A stretch of 64,000 nucleotides of DNA from an uncultured Gemmatimonadaceae bacterium (GTDB lineage: Bacteria > Gemmatimonadota > Gemmatimonadetes > Gemmatimonadales > Gemmatimonadaceae), in NCBI GenBank assembly GCA_963822945.1, contig CAWGJO010000014.1, positions 1 to 64,000 on the forward strand. The letters run 5' to 3'. This document shows positions 55,356-64,000 of the stretch, in pieces (position 1 is the first letter of the stretch; the number at the start of each line of letters is the position of its first letter). The notes below the pieces were generated by a model that saw only the letters and a list, made by a program, of their open reading frames with translations, was not told where the DNA came from and did not search any database. The translations under genes and the position numbers were made by a program.

Positions 55356-57239
55356 TCAGCCTTCGGTCTTGGGTTCCTCCGTCGCGTCGGCGGCGGGTGC
55401 TTCCGCGGCAGGCGCTTCGGCAGCCGGCGCCTCGGCGGCGTCCTCGTCGTCTTCCGGCACAGTCAGGTCCACGGGCACCGGGGCCACGTCCTCGTCCTCG
55501 GTGTGCACCTTGGACGGGGTCTCGGGACGCGGCGGCTGTTCCTCGGGAATGTTCGTCACGCCGAGGACGATGCGGCGGTGGATCGGATCCACCTCCAGCA
55601 CGCGCATGTCGAGATTCATGCCCTCGTACACGAGGTCGGCGGGGTTCTCCACCTGCTGCTCGGTGGGCGAGAGCTGCGAGATCGGCACGAAGCCCTCGAT
55701 ATCGTTGCCGATGTCGACCACCACGCCCTTGTCCATCAGGCGCACGACGCCGCCGTGGATGTCCGTCCCCACGGGGTACGTCTCACCGATCTTGAGCCAC
55801 GGATCCTCGGCCGCCTGCTTGAGGCCGAGCGAGATCCGCTTGTTGTCGCTGTCGATGTTCAGGATGACCACGTCCACCGCGTCGCCCTTCTTCACCACCT
55901 CGGACGGGTGCTGGACGCGCTTGGTCCAGCTCATGTCGGAGATGTGGATCAGGCCGTCGATGCCCGGTTCGATCTCGACGAAGGCGCCGAAGCTGGTGAG
56001 GTTGCGGACCTTGCCGGTGATGCGCGTGCCCACCGGGTAGCGCAGCGGCAGCACCATCCACGGATCCTGCTTCCGTCTGCTTCATGCCGAGCGAGATCTT
56101 CTCTTCGTTCGGGTCGACCTTGAGCACCACGGCCTCGATCGTCTCGCCGATGGACACGAGCTTGGACGGGTGCCGGACGTTGCGCGTCCAGCTCATCTCG
56201 CTGATGTGCACCAGGCCTTCGATGCCCGGCTCCAGTTCGATGAAGGCGCCGTAGTTCGTGATCGACACGACCTTGCCCGTGACGCGGGTGCCCACCGGGT
56301 ACTTCTCGGCGACGTCCTTCCACGGGTAGCTCTGGAGCTGCTTGAGGCCGAGCGAGATGCGCTCGCGCGTCCAGTCGATGTCGAGCACCTTGACCTCGAG
56401 TTCCTGACCGATCTGCACCATTTCCGACGGGTGCGAGATGCGGCCCCACGACATGTCGGTGATGTGGAGCAGGCCGTCCACGCCGCCGAGATCGATGAAG
56501 GCGCCGAAGTCGGTGATGTTCTTGACCACGCCCTTCCGTACCTGATCCTTCTCAGCTCCTTCATCAGCTTCTCGCGCTTGCCGGCACGCTCGGTCTCGAG
56601 GATCACGCGGCGCGACACCACGATGTTGCGGCGGCGCTTGTTGAGCTTGATGATCTTGAACTCGAACTTCTGGCCGAGGAGTTCGTCGATGTTCGGCACG
56701 CGGCGGAGCGCGATCTGCGACCCGGGGAGGAACGCGTCCACGCCCATCAGGTCGACCACCACACCACCCTTGATCTTCTTGATCAGGGTGCCTTCCACCG
56801 GCTGGTCGGTCTCGTACGCCACGCGGATCCGTTCCCAGACGCGCATGAAGTCGGCCTTCTTCTTGGAGAGGACGACCGAACCTTCCTGGTCTTCCAGATG
56901 CTCCAGCAGCACTTCGACTTCATCGCCCGGCTTGAGGTCCGGGTGGTCCTTGAACTCCTCGAGCGGCACGCTGCCTTCGGACTTGAACCCGATGTCGAGC
57001 ACCACGAGGTTGTCGCGGATTTCGAGCACCTTGCTCTTGACGATCTCGCCTTCTTCGATGGAGGCCAGGGTGCCGTTATACAGCTCCATCATCCGCTCGT
57101 AATCGGCGGACGTGTATTCGTCGTCGTCGTACAGTTCAGGGCGGCGGTTGGCAAGCGGGCGGAGCTGCGACTTCTGCGCATCGCGCTTCTCGCGCAGCGT
57201 GGCCGTGTTGCCGGTTGTGGTGTTATCGATCTCGGTCAT
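55356..57239 (-). CDS. rpsA: 30S ribosomal protein S1 (frameshifts at ~56553 and ~56070)
   Basis: [22 protein letters not shown] and repeated S1 domains ([34 protein letters not shown]). Confidence 0.97.
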
Positions 57240-57354
57240 AAGAAAGAGGAAGTCTCCTGATCATCCGCGGATTTGTGGCTCGCCGCGACGAGGTTGAGGG
57301 TGACGCCAACCCAACCCACCACCGACGGTCGGGCGTGGGTTGGACGAACCTTAA

Positions 57355-57383
57355 AAGCTAGCTTGGACGAAAGTTGACGTCAA
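57355..57383 (-). promoter_or_regulatory. rpsA promoter overlapping the cmk stop
   Basis: TTGACG-17bp-TAGCTT; the TGA within the -35 box is the cmk stop codon. Confidence 0.65.
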
Positions 57384-58076
57384 CCGCCGGAAGTGACGTC
57401 GCCTCGGTGAGTTACGGCTCGCGCCAGCGCCACGATCCGCTCCACCTGCTCCGTCTGGGTCAGGTACGTCGTGTCCACCACCACCGCGTCCCGGGCCGGC
57501 ACGGTCTGGGTGGCATCGCGCGAGTCGCGCTGCACCAGGCGGTCGGTCTCCTCGGCGATCTCCTCCTCCGACGGGGCCCGCTCCAGCCGCTGGATCAGAC
57601 GCCGCCGGGCCCGCTCCCACGGATCGGCCACGAGGAAGATCTTGAGCGGCGCGTCGGGAAACACCGCCGTGCCCATGTCCCGGCCATCCACCACCACGTC
57701 GTACCGGTCGGCGGCCGCCCGGACCCGCTCGTTCACCCAGGCGCGCACCCCGGGCATGGCCGCGACCGTCGACACGTGGGCCGTGACCTCGGGCGACCGG
57801 ATGCGCTCGCCCGCCGGCTGCGCCGTCGATGAGCGGCGCGAACGAACGGCCCGCCGGCGCCAGCGACACCCGCGAGGCGTGGGCGAGCACGGCCGGCTCC
57901 GCCCAGCCCTCGGGCGCCGGCTGCCCGGCCAGCACAGCCGCCGTCAACGCGCGGTACAGCGCACCCGAATCCACATGGCGGATGGCCAGTTGATCGGCCA
58001 CCCACTTGGCGGTGGACGACTTGCCGGACGCGGCCGGCCCGTCGATGGCGATGACCAATCGCGCCGGTTCCGTCAT
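57380..58076 (-). CDS. cmk: Cytidylate kinase (frameshift at ~57815)
   Basis: IAIDGPAASGKSS, DSGALYRA, DGRDMGTAVFPDA and RDSRD. Confidence 0.94.
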
Positions 58077-59332
58077 GCCTCGACCGCTCCCGCCAGCAGT
58101 TCCCAGAACCCGGGGAACGACACCTCCACACACGCCCGGTCGTCGATCTCGATCGCCGCGCCATCGGTGACGCCGAGGAGTCCGAACGCCATCGCGATCC
58201 GGTGGTCGCCGTGGGTGACGATGCTGCCGCGCAGGGGCGCGCGCGAGCCGTGCACGATCATGCCGTCGGGCAGTTCTTCAGCTTCGACGCCGAGCGCGCG
58301 CAGGTTCCCGACCACGGTGGCGATCCGATCGCTCTCCTTGACGCGCAACTCGCCGGCCCCGGAAATGCGCGTGTCGCCCTCCGCCCGGGCCGCGACGCAC
58401 GCCGCGAGCGAGATCTCGTCCACCATGCTCGGCACCTCGCCGCCGGTGATGTCGGTGCCCTGCAGCGGGCCCGCCGTGACGCGGAGCGTCCCCACCGGTT
58501 CGCCGCCACGCGTCGTCTCCTCCAGCACTTCGACGCGCGCGCCCATCCGCCGCAACACCTGCAGGAATCCCGTGCGCGTGGGATTCACGCACACGTCGTG
58601 CAGCAGCAGCTCGCCCTCGTCGGCCATGGCGGCCAGGGCCGCGAAGAAGGCCGCCGACGAAGGATCCGCCGGCACGTCCACATCGGTCGCGGGCAGCGCC
58701 GTCACCGGCTCGAGCGCCACGGCGCCGTCCGCCCGGCGGAGCGTCACGCCTCGCACCGCGAGCATGCGTTCCGTGTGATCGCGCGACGGGAACGGCTCCC
58801 CCACCGACACCGCCACCTCCGCCGACAGGCCCGCGAGCAGGATGGCCGTCTTCACCTGCGCACTCGCCACTTCGGTGCGCCACTCCACCGGCCGGAGCTG
58901 CGTGCCGTACACGACCATGGGCAGCCCGTCCCCCCGTTCGCAGTGCACGCGCGCGCCCATCGCCTCCAACGGCCGGATGATGCGCCGCATGGGCCGCCGG
59001 CTGAGGCTCTGATCGCCCACGAACCGCGACGTGAACGGCTGCGCCGCGGCCACCCCGGCCATCAGGCGCGCGGTGGTGCCGCTGTTGCCGCAGTCCAGAT
59101 CGCGTCCAGGCGCCCGGAGCCCCCGCAGCCCCACGCCGGCCACCTGCATGACGGGCGCCAGCGCCGGCACGTCCACGCCGAACGCGCGGAGCACCGACGC
59201 CGTAGAGCGCACGTCGTGCGAGTCGAGAATGCCGCGCACCGTCGATGTACCGGTGCCGAGCGCACTGAGGATCAGCGCGCGGTGCGAGATCGACTTGTCC
59301 CCGGGAACGCGGATCGTGCCCCCGACTTTCAC
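58073..59332 (-). CDS. aroA: EPSP synthase
   Basis: PGDKSISHRA, DCGNSGTT, SAQVK, RDHTE, ELRVKESDR and DHRIAM. Confidence 0.97.
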   Translation of the reverse strand: MKVGGTIRVPGDKSISHRALILSALGTGTSTVRGILDSHDVRSTASVLRAFGVDVPALAPVMQVAGVGLRGLRAPGRDLDCGNSGTTARLMAGVAAAQPFTSRFVGDQSLSRRPMRRIIRPLEAMGARVHCERGDGLPMVVYGTQLRPVEWRTEVASAQVKTAILLAGLSAEVAVSVGEPFPSRDHTERMLAVRGVTLRRADGAVALEPVTALPATDVDVPADPSSAAFFAALAAMADEGELLLHDVCVNPTRTGFLQVLRRMGARVEVLEETTRGGEPVGTLRVTAGPLQGTDITGGEVPSMVDEISLAACVAARAEGDTRISGAGELRVKESDRIATVVGNLRALGVEAEELPDGMIVHGSRAPLRGSIVTHGDHRIAMAFGLLGVTDGAAIEIDDRACVEVSFPGFWELLAGAVEA

Positions 59333-59348
59333 GGTGCGCCCCGCCGCG

Positions 59349-60200
59349 TCACCGGAGCCACGCTTCGAGCGCCGTGGCGACGTCCGTCTTCTGATCGCGG
59401 TACTTCACGATCACCGGCGCCTGCAGCGCGAGTCCCTGCTCGGCCCCCCAGCCGGCATTCACGGCGCGGGCGCCCGGCACGACCACGGCCCCGACCGGGA
59501 TCTCAAGCGGCGCATCGGCGCCTCCGCGATAGACGCATTCGTGCACGAGGTCGAACACCGGCGTGCCGCGCGTGAGCACCACGCCCGCGGCGAGCACCGC
59601 GCGCTCGCGCACCACCGTGCCCTCGTACACGCCGCAGTTGCCCCCCACGAGCACGTCGTCCTCGATCACCACCGGGCTGGCGTTCACGGGTTCGAGCACG
59701 CCCCCGATCTGCGCCGCCGCGCTCAGGTGCACGCGTTCGCCGATCTGCGCGCACGAGCCCACCAGCGCGTGCGAGTCGATCATCGTGCCGGCGCCCACCC
59801 AGGCGCCCACGTTCACGAACATCGGCGGCATGCACACCACGCCCGGCGCGACGTAGGTGCCGCGGCGGATCGTCGACCCGCCGGGCACGATGCGGACCCC
59901 GTCGGCCACGGCGAAGTTGCGCGACGGGAAGGTGTTCTTGTCGATGAAGCTGAACCGCGCCTCGGCGCCCGCCGGGATCGACATGTCGGCCATCGCGCCG
60001 GCGCGGAATCCGAGCAGGATGCCGCGCTTGACCCAAGCCACGGCGTGCCACCGGCCCTCGACGTCGCGCTCCGCGGCCCGCACGGCCCCGAGTTCGAGCG
60101 CGTCGAGCAATTCACGCACGACCGCCGGCGCCTCGGCGGGCAGCGCCTCGCCGCCCGGCGTATCGGCCAGCGCCAGCACCCGCTCGGCGAGCGTCGCCAT
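59349..60200 (-). CDS. dapD: Tetrahydrodipicolinate N-succinyltransferase
   Basis: WVKRGILLGF, RIVPGG, FVNVGAWV, VGSCAQIG and GGVLEP. Confidence 0.93.
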   Translation of the reverse strand: MATLAERVLALADTPGGEALPAEAPAVVRELLDALELGAVRAAERDVEGRWHAVAWVKRGILLGFRAGAMADMSIPAGAEARFSFIDKNTFPSRNFAVADGVRIVPGGSTIRRGTYVAPGVVCMPPMFVNVGAWVGAGTMIDSHALVGSCAQIGERVHLSAAAQIGGVLEPVNASPVVIEDDVLVGGNCGVYEGTVVRERAVLAAGVVLTRGTPVFDLVHECVYRGGADAPLEIPVGAVVVPGARAVNAGWGAEQGLALQAPVIVKYRDQKTDVATALEAWLR

Positions 60201-61090
60201 CAGGTCAGAGCCCCCGCCTGCTGCAGCGCGGCGCGCACGGCCGGCTCGTGTTTGGGATCGAGCGGCACCAGCGGCAGCCGGAGCACATTCCGGATTCGCC
60301 CCATCATCGCCAACCCGGCCTTCGCGGCCAGCGGGTTCGATTCCACGAATGCCGCCCGCATCCAGGGGAGCAGCTTGAAGTGCAGCGCGCGCGCGCCGGC
60401 GATATCGCCCGCCCGTGCCCGGTCGGCCAGCTGCGCCATGAGCTTGGGCGTCGCGTTGGACACCACGGATATGATGCCGTCGGCGCCTGCCGCCATCATC
60501 GCCAACGTCAATTCGTCGTCGCCCGAGAGCACGCTGAACGACGCCGGCCGGCCGGCGAGGATGTCGGTCACCTGTGAGAGGTTCCCCGAAGCTTCCTTGA
60601 CGGCCACCATGCTCGCGTGGTTCGCCAGCGCCAGCGTCGTCCTGGCTTCGATGTTGCTCCCGGTGCGGCCGGGCACGTTGTAGATGACGATCGGGAGTGC
60701 GGTGGCGTGCGCGATCGCCTCGAAGTGCGCGATGATCCCCCGCTGCGGCGGCTTGTTGTACATGGGCGAGGCGTGCAGCAGGTGCGTCGCGCCCACCGCC
60801 TCCATTTCCCTGGAGAGCGCGATGGCCTTCTTCGTGTCGTTCGAGGCGGCGCCCGCCACCACCGGCACCCGTCCCTTCACCTGCTCCACCACGATCTGCA
60901 CTACCCGGCGATGCTCCTCCACGGTCATCGTGGCGGCCTCGCCCGTGGACCCGCACGGCACCAGGAAGTGGATGCCTTCGGCGATCTGCCAGTCGACGAG
61001 ATCCCGCAGCGCCTGCTCGTCGATGGCGCCGCCCTCGGTGAACGGCGTGACGAGCGCGGTACCGCACCCGCTGAGCATGGAGGCGGTCAT
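60200..61090 (-). CDS. dapA: 4-hydroxy-tetrahydrodipicolinate synthase
   Basis: ALVTPF, GSTGE, YNKP, YNVPGRT, KEASG and ESNP. Confidence 0.96.
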   Translation of the reverse strand: MTASMLSGCGTALVTPFTEGGAIDEQALRDLVDWQIAEGIHFLVPCGSTGEAATMTVEEHRRVVQIVVEQVKGRVPVVAGAASNDTKKAIALSREMEAVGATHLLHASPMYNKPPQRGIIAHFEAIAHATALPIVIYNVPGRTGSNIEARTTLALANHASMVAVKEASGNLSQVTDILAGRPASFSVLSGDDELTLAMMAAGADGIISVVSNATPKLMAQLADRARAGDIAGARALHFKLLPWMRAAFVESNPLAAKAGLAMMGRIRNVLRLPLVPLDPKHEPAVRAALQQAGALT

Positions 61091-61791
61091 GGTTGCGGTT
61101 CTCCGGTTGACGTGAGCACGTCGCGTAACGTGAAGATGCCACGCCGTCCGGCCAGCCAGCGCGCGGCGCGGAGCGCGCCTTCGGCAAACACGCGGCGGTC
61201 GCGCGCCGTGTGGACCAGCCGGATCTGTTCGAACTGGGCGTCGAACACCAACTCGTGGATGCCCGGCACCGACCCGGTGCGCACACTCGTGATCGGAACG
61301 TCGCGCCCGAGCTTCGCCGCCGCCGCCCGGGCCAGCGCCAGCGCCGTGCCCGACGGCGCGTCCTTCTTCTGCGCGTGATGCGTCTCGATGAGGTGCACGT
61401 CGAAGCCGGGGGCGGAGCGCATCGCCTCCGCCGCGGCCTCCACGGTCATCGTGAACGCGGCCACGCCCAGCGAGAAGTTCGGCGCCGCGAGCAGCGCCCC
61501 GCCCACCTCGTTGACGAACTTCTCCACCTCGGCGCGCCGTGCATCCCAGCCCGTCGTGCCGACCACGACCGGGCAGCGCGCGGCCGCACACACACGAACG
61601 TTCTCCGGCGCCGCTTCGGGGGACGTGAACTCCACGGCGACTTCGGCGCCGTTGAGCGTTTCCGCGGTCACCTCGTGCGCGTCGCCGCCGGCCCGGTCGA
61701 TGCGGGCCACCACCTGGAATCCGTGGGCGGGCGCCAGCGCTTCCACCGCCCGCCCCATCTTGCCCATGCCGATGATCGCCAGCCGTTTCAT
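61087..61791 (-). CDS. dapB: 4-hydroxy-tetrahydrodipicolinate reductase
   Basis: GMGKMG, VGTTGW, NFSLG, ETHHAQKKDAPSGTA and FAEGA. Confidence 0.95.
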   Translation of the reverse strand: MKRLAIIGMGKMGRAVEALAPAHGFQVVARIDRAGGDAHEVTAETLNGAEVAVEFTSPEAAPENVRVCAAARCPVVVGTTGWDARRAEVEKFVNEVGGALLAAPNFSLGVAAFTMTVEAAAEAMRSAPGFDVHLIETHHAQKKDAPSGTALALARAAAAKLGRDVPITSVRTGSVPGIHELVFDAQFEQIRLVHTARDRRVFAEGALRAARWLAGRRGIFTLRDVLTSTGEPQP

Positions 61792-63152
61792 CTGCCCTTC
61801 CCTCCCTCGAAGAACTCGGCGTGCAGCCGCTGCATCGCCGGCTTCACCTGGTCGCCATCCACGACGATCGTGAGGTTGATGCCGGTGGCGCTCAGCGACA
61901 GCATGTAGACCTGGACGTCGCCCAGCGCCTGGAGGGCCCGCGACATCGACACGCCGCCGTCGCTCAGCCCCGCGCCGACGATCGCCACGATGCCGCGATT
62001 CTGCTCGATGGCCACGTCGCCCAGTGACCGCAGATCGACGATCAGCGCGTCCAGATGCGACGCGTCGTCCACGGTGAGCGACACCGAAACCTCGCTCGTC
62101 GCCACCACATCCACCGACGTTTTGTGCCGCTCGAACACCTCGAACAGCGAACGCAGAAAGCCCTCGGTGAGCAGCATCCGCGGCGAGCGCACCTTCACGA
62201 GGCTCACGTTGGTCTTTCCCGCGATCGCCGTCACCGGACGCCGCGGCGTGTCGAAGGTGATCATCGTGCCCGGGGACTTCGGATTCAGCGAATTGAGCAC
62301 GAACACCGGAATGCCCAACCGCACGGCCGGCGCGATGGTGCTCGGGTGCAGCACCTTGGCCCCGAACGACGCCAGTTCCGACGCTTCGTCGAATCCGATG
62401 CGTTCGATGAGTTGGGCCGCCTTCGCCACGCGCGGATCGGCAGTGAGCATGCCGTCCACGTCGGTCCAGATCTCGATCGCCTCGGTCTGCAGCGCGGCGC
62501 CCAGCAGGGCGGCACTGTAGTCGCTCCCGCCGCGCCCAAGGGTGGTCGTCACGCCGGTGGTAGCCGACGAGCCGATGAACCCGCCGAGCACGGGAATCTG
62601 GCCATCACGCACCACGGGAGCGACGAGCCGCTGAGCTGCTTCCGCGATGGCGTCGGGCTCCGGCTCGGCCTTGGCAAAGTTGTTGTCGGTGATCATCACC
62701 TGGCGCGCATCGACGTGCACCGCGGGCAGACCGGCCTGCCGGAAGGCGGCCGCGATCAGCAGCGACGAGAGTTGCTCGCCCAGTGCGGCGATCGCGTCCT
62801 GGCTCCGGGGTGTGAGATCACCGAGCACGGAGAGCGCCCCGGCCAGGCTGGCCAGTTCGTCGAACATGGCGCCCATCTCGCTCACCACGTCGTTGGCCTC
62901 GCGCCCCGTGCCGAGCAGCGCCTCGGCTTCATCCAGGTGGCGCTGGCGCAGCGACTCCACGCTCCGCAGGGCGAGGATCAGCCGGCCGCGCGCCGACTGG
63001 TCGGCGATCTCGAGCAGCAGGTTGGTGGCTCCGCCCAGCGCCGAGACGACGACGATGGGCTGGCGCGCGCGCCGCGATTCGACGATCGCCGCCGTCCGGC
63101 GAATCGCCGCGGCGTCGGTCACCGAGGTGCCGCCGAACTTGAGGACGATCAC
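61788..63152 (-). CDS. lysC: Aspartate kinase (LysC, two ACT domains)
   Basis: KFGGTSV, TLGRGGSDYSA, WTDVDG and FGAKVLHP. Confidence 0.95.
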   Translation of the reverse strand: MIVLKFGGTSVTDAAAIRRTAAIVESRRARQPIVVVSALGGATNLLLEIADQSARGRLILALRSVESLRQRHLDEAEALLGTGREANDVVSEMGAMFDELASLAGALSVLGDLTPRSQDAIAALGEQLSSLLIAAAFRQAGLPAVHVDARQVMITDNNFAKAEPEPDAIAEAAQRLVAPVVRDGQIPVLGGFIGSSATTGVTTTLGRGGSDYSAALLGAALQTEAIEIWTDVDGMLTADPRVAKAAQLIERIGFDEASELASFGAKVLHPSTIAPAVRLGIPVFVLNSLNPKSPGTMITFDTPRRPVTAIAGKTNVSLVKVRSPRMLLTEGFLRSLFEVFERHKTSVDVVATSEVSVSLTVDDASHLDALIVDLRSLGDVAIEQNRGIVAIVGAGLSDGGVSMSRALQALGDVQVYMLSLSATGINLTIVVDGDQVKPAMQRLHAEFFEGGKGR

Positions 63153-64000
63153 GACCGGTCGAACAGCCCGCGGGCCGCCATGAGCTCCGCGTTCAGCACC
63201 GAAGCCCCCGCCGCGCCGCGAATGATGTTGTGGGCCATCAGCACCATCTTCACGTGGAAGATCGGATCCGGGCGCACCCGGCCCACGACGAGCGCCATGC
63301 CGTTGCCCTCCATGCGGTCGCGCCTCGGCTGCGGCCGGTCGCGTTCGTCGCGCAGCACCAGCGGCCGCTCCGGGGCGCTGGGCAGCCCGCGCGCATCCTC
63401 AGCCCCGCGCCACTCGCGCAGCACCTCCGTCACCTCCGGCGCGCCGGCGCTCTGCTCGAACTCCACCGACATGCACACCGTGTGTCCGTGCTCCACCGGC
63501 ACCCGGTTGGCGTGCGCCGTGACCGCGAACGGCGCCGGCCGGATGGCGCCCGCGCTCACGTGGCCGAGCATCTTGTTCACTTCGGTCTCGATCTTCGGCT
63601 CCTCGTCGTTGATGAACGGAATCACGTTGCCGAGGATGTCGAGGCTGGGCACGCCGGGGTAGCCGGCTCCCGAAACCGCCTGCATGGTGGCCATGAATAC
63701 GCGGCGGACGCCGAACCGCTGATGCAGCGGCGCCAGCGCCATGGCGGCCGGAATGGACGCGCAATTTCCGTTGGTCACGATGGCGCCGCTCCAGCCCCGC
63801 CGCCGACGCTGGGCGTCGATGACGTCCAGGTGGTGCGGATTCACCTCCGGGATGACCAGCGGGACGTCTGGCTCCATGCGGTAGTTCTTCGCGTTGCTGA
63901 GCACCATGCGTCCCGCCTTGGCGAACGCCGGCTCCACGTCGCCGGCCACCGACGAGTCGAGCGCCGAGAAGACGACGTCGGCCTCGACCGCGGCCGGGTC
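63149..64000 (-). CDS. asd: Aspartate-semialdehyde dehydrogenase, archaeal/fungal-like type (5' end outside the window)
   Basis: VFSALDS, SNAKNYRM..PLVIPEVN, NGNC, TMQAVSGAGYPGV and HNIIRGAAG. Confidence 0.95.
   Translation of the reverse strand, partial: DPAAVEADVVFSALDSSVAGDVEPAFAKAGRMVLSNAKNYRMEPDVPLVIPEVNPHHLDVIDAQRRRRGWSGAIVTNGNCASIPAAMALAPLHQRFGVRRVFMATMQAVSGAGYPGVPSLDILGNVIPFINDEEPKIETEVNKMLGHVSAGAIRPAPFAVTAHANRVPVEHGHTVCMSVEFEQSAGAPEVTEVLREWRGAEDARGLPSAPERPLVLRDERDRPQPRRDRMEGNGMALVVGRVRPDPIFHVKMVLMAHNIIRGAAGASVLNAELMAARGLFDRS

Noticed and set aside
55380..55445. Short tandem repeats encoding AEAPA in the S1 tail
   Set aside because: This is a low-complexity protein tail, not a CRISPR array or mobile repeat.

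Overview
The window appears to join two unrelated sources. Bases 1 to ~6815 are very error-rich, with nearly every gene broken by indels. Their gene content looks actinobacterial (Acidimicrobiia-like, inferred): a LamG-like secreted protein, two TetR regulators, an AurF/ferritin-like diiron protein, an acyl-CoA dehydrogenase, a DUF427 protein and a truncated ABC exporter. The exporter breaks off into a ~365 bp orphan GGDEF fragment, which in turn runs head-on into the 3' end of another diguanylate cyclase at ~7180. From ~7180 to 64000 the sequence is cleaner core chromosome, Gemmatimonadota-like by inference and mostly on the minus strand. In order it holds dgc, larB, dusB, a PTS IIA gene, a TonB-dependent receptor, guaA, lysA, proS, hisS, folC, accD, rodA-mrdA-mreDCB, ald, an M16 peptidase, pnp, rpsO, rseP-dxr-cdsA-uppS-frr-pyrH-tsf-rpsB-rpsI-rplM and an MFS transporter. 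It continues with a porin-pstSCABB-phoU locus carrying PHO-box-like repeats, a biotin-dependent carboxylase operon interrupted by an RNA methyltransferase, rpsA-cmk-aroA and dapD-dapA-dapB-lysC-asd. I saw no tRNA, rRNA, CRISPR array or mobile element, and no convincing novel system. The best leads are the probable chimeric junctions, odd operon couplings (pccB-accC-RNA MTase-BCCP; dusB-larB-dgc; PTS IIA-TBDR), candidate ribosomal-protein leader RNAs, a recurrent TTGnnn-17/18-TAnnTT promoter with leaderless starts, and duplicated PHO boxes. Scattered single-base frameshifts in essential genes are most likely sequencing errors.
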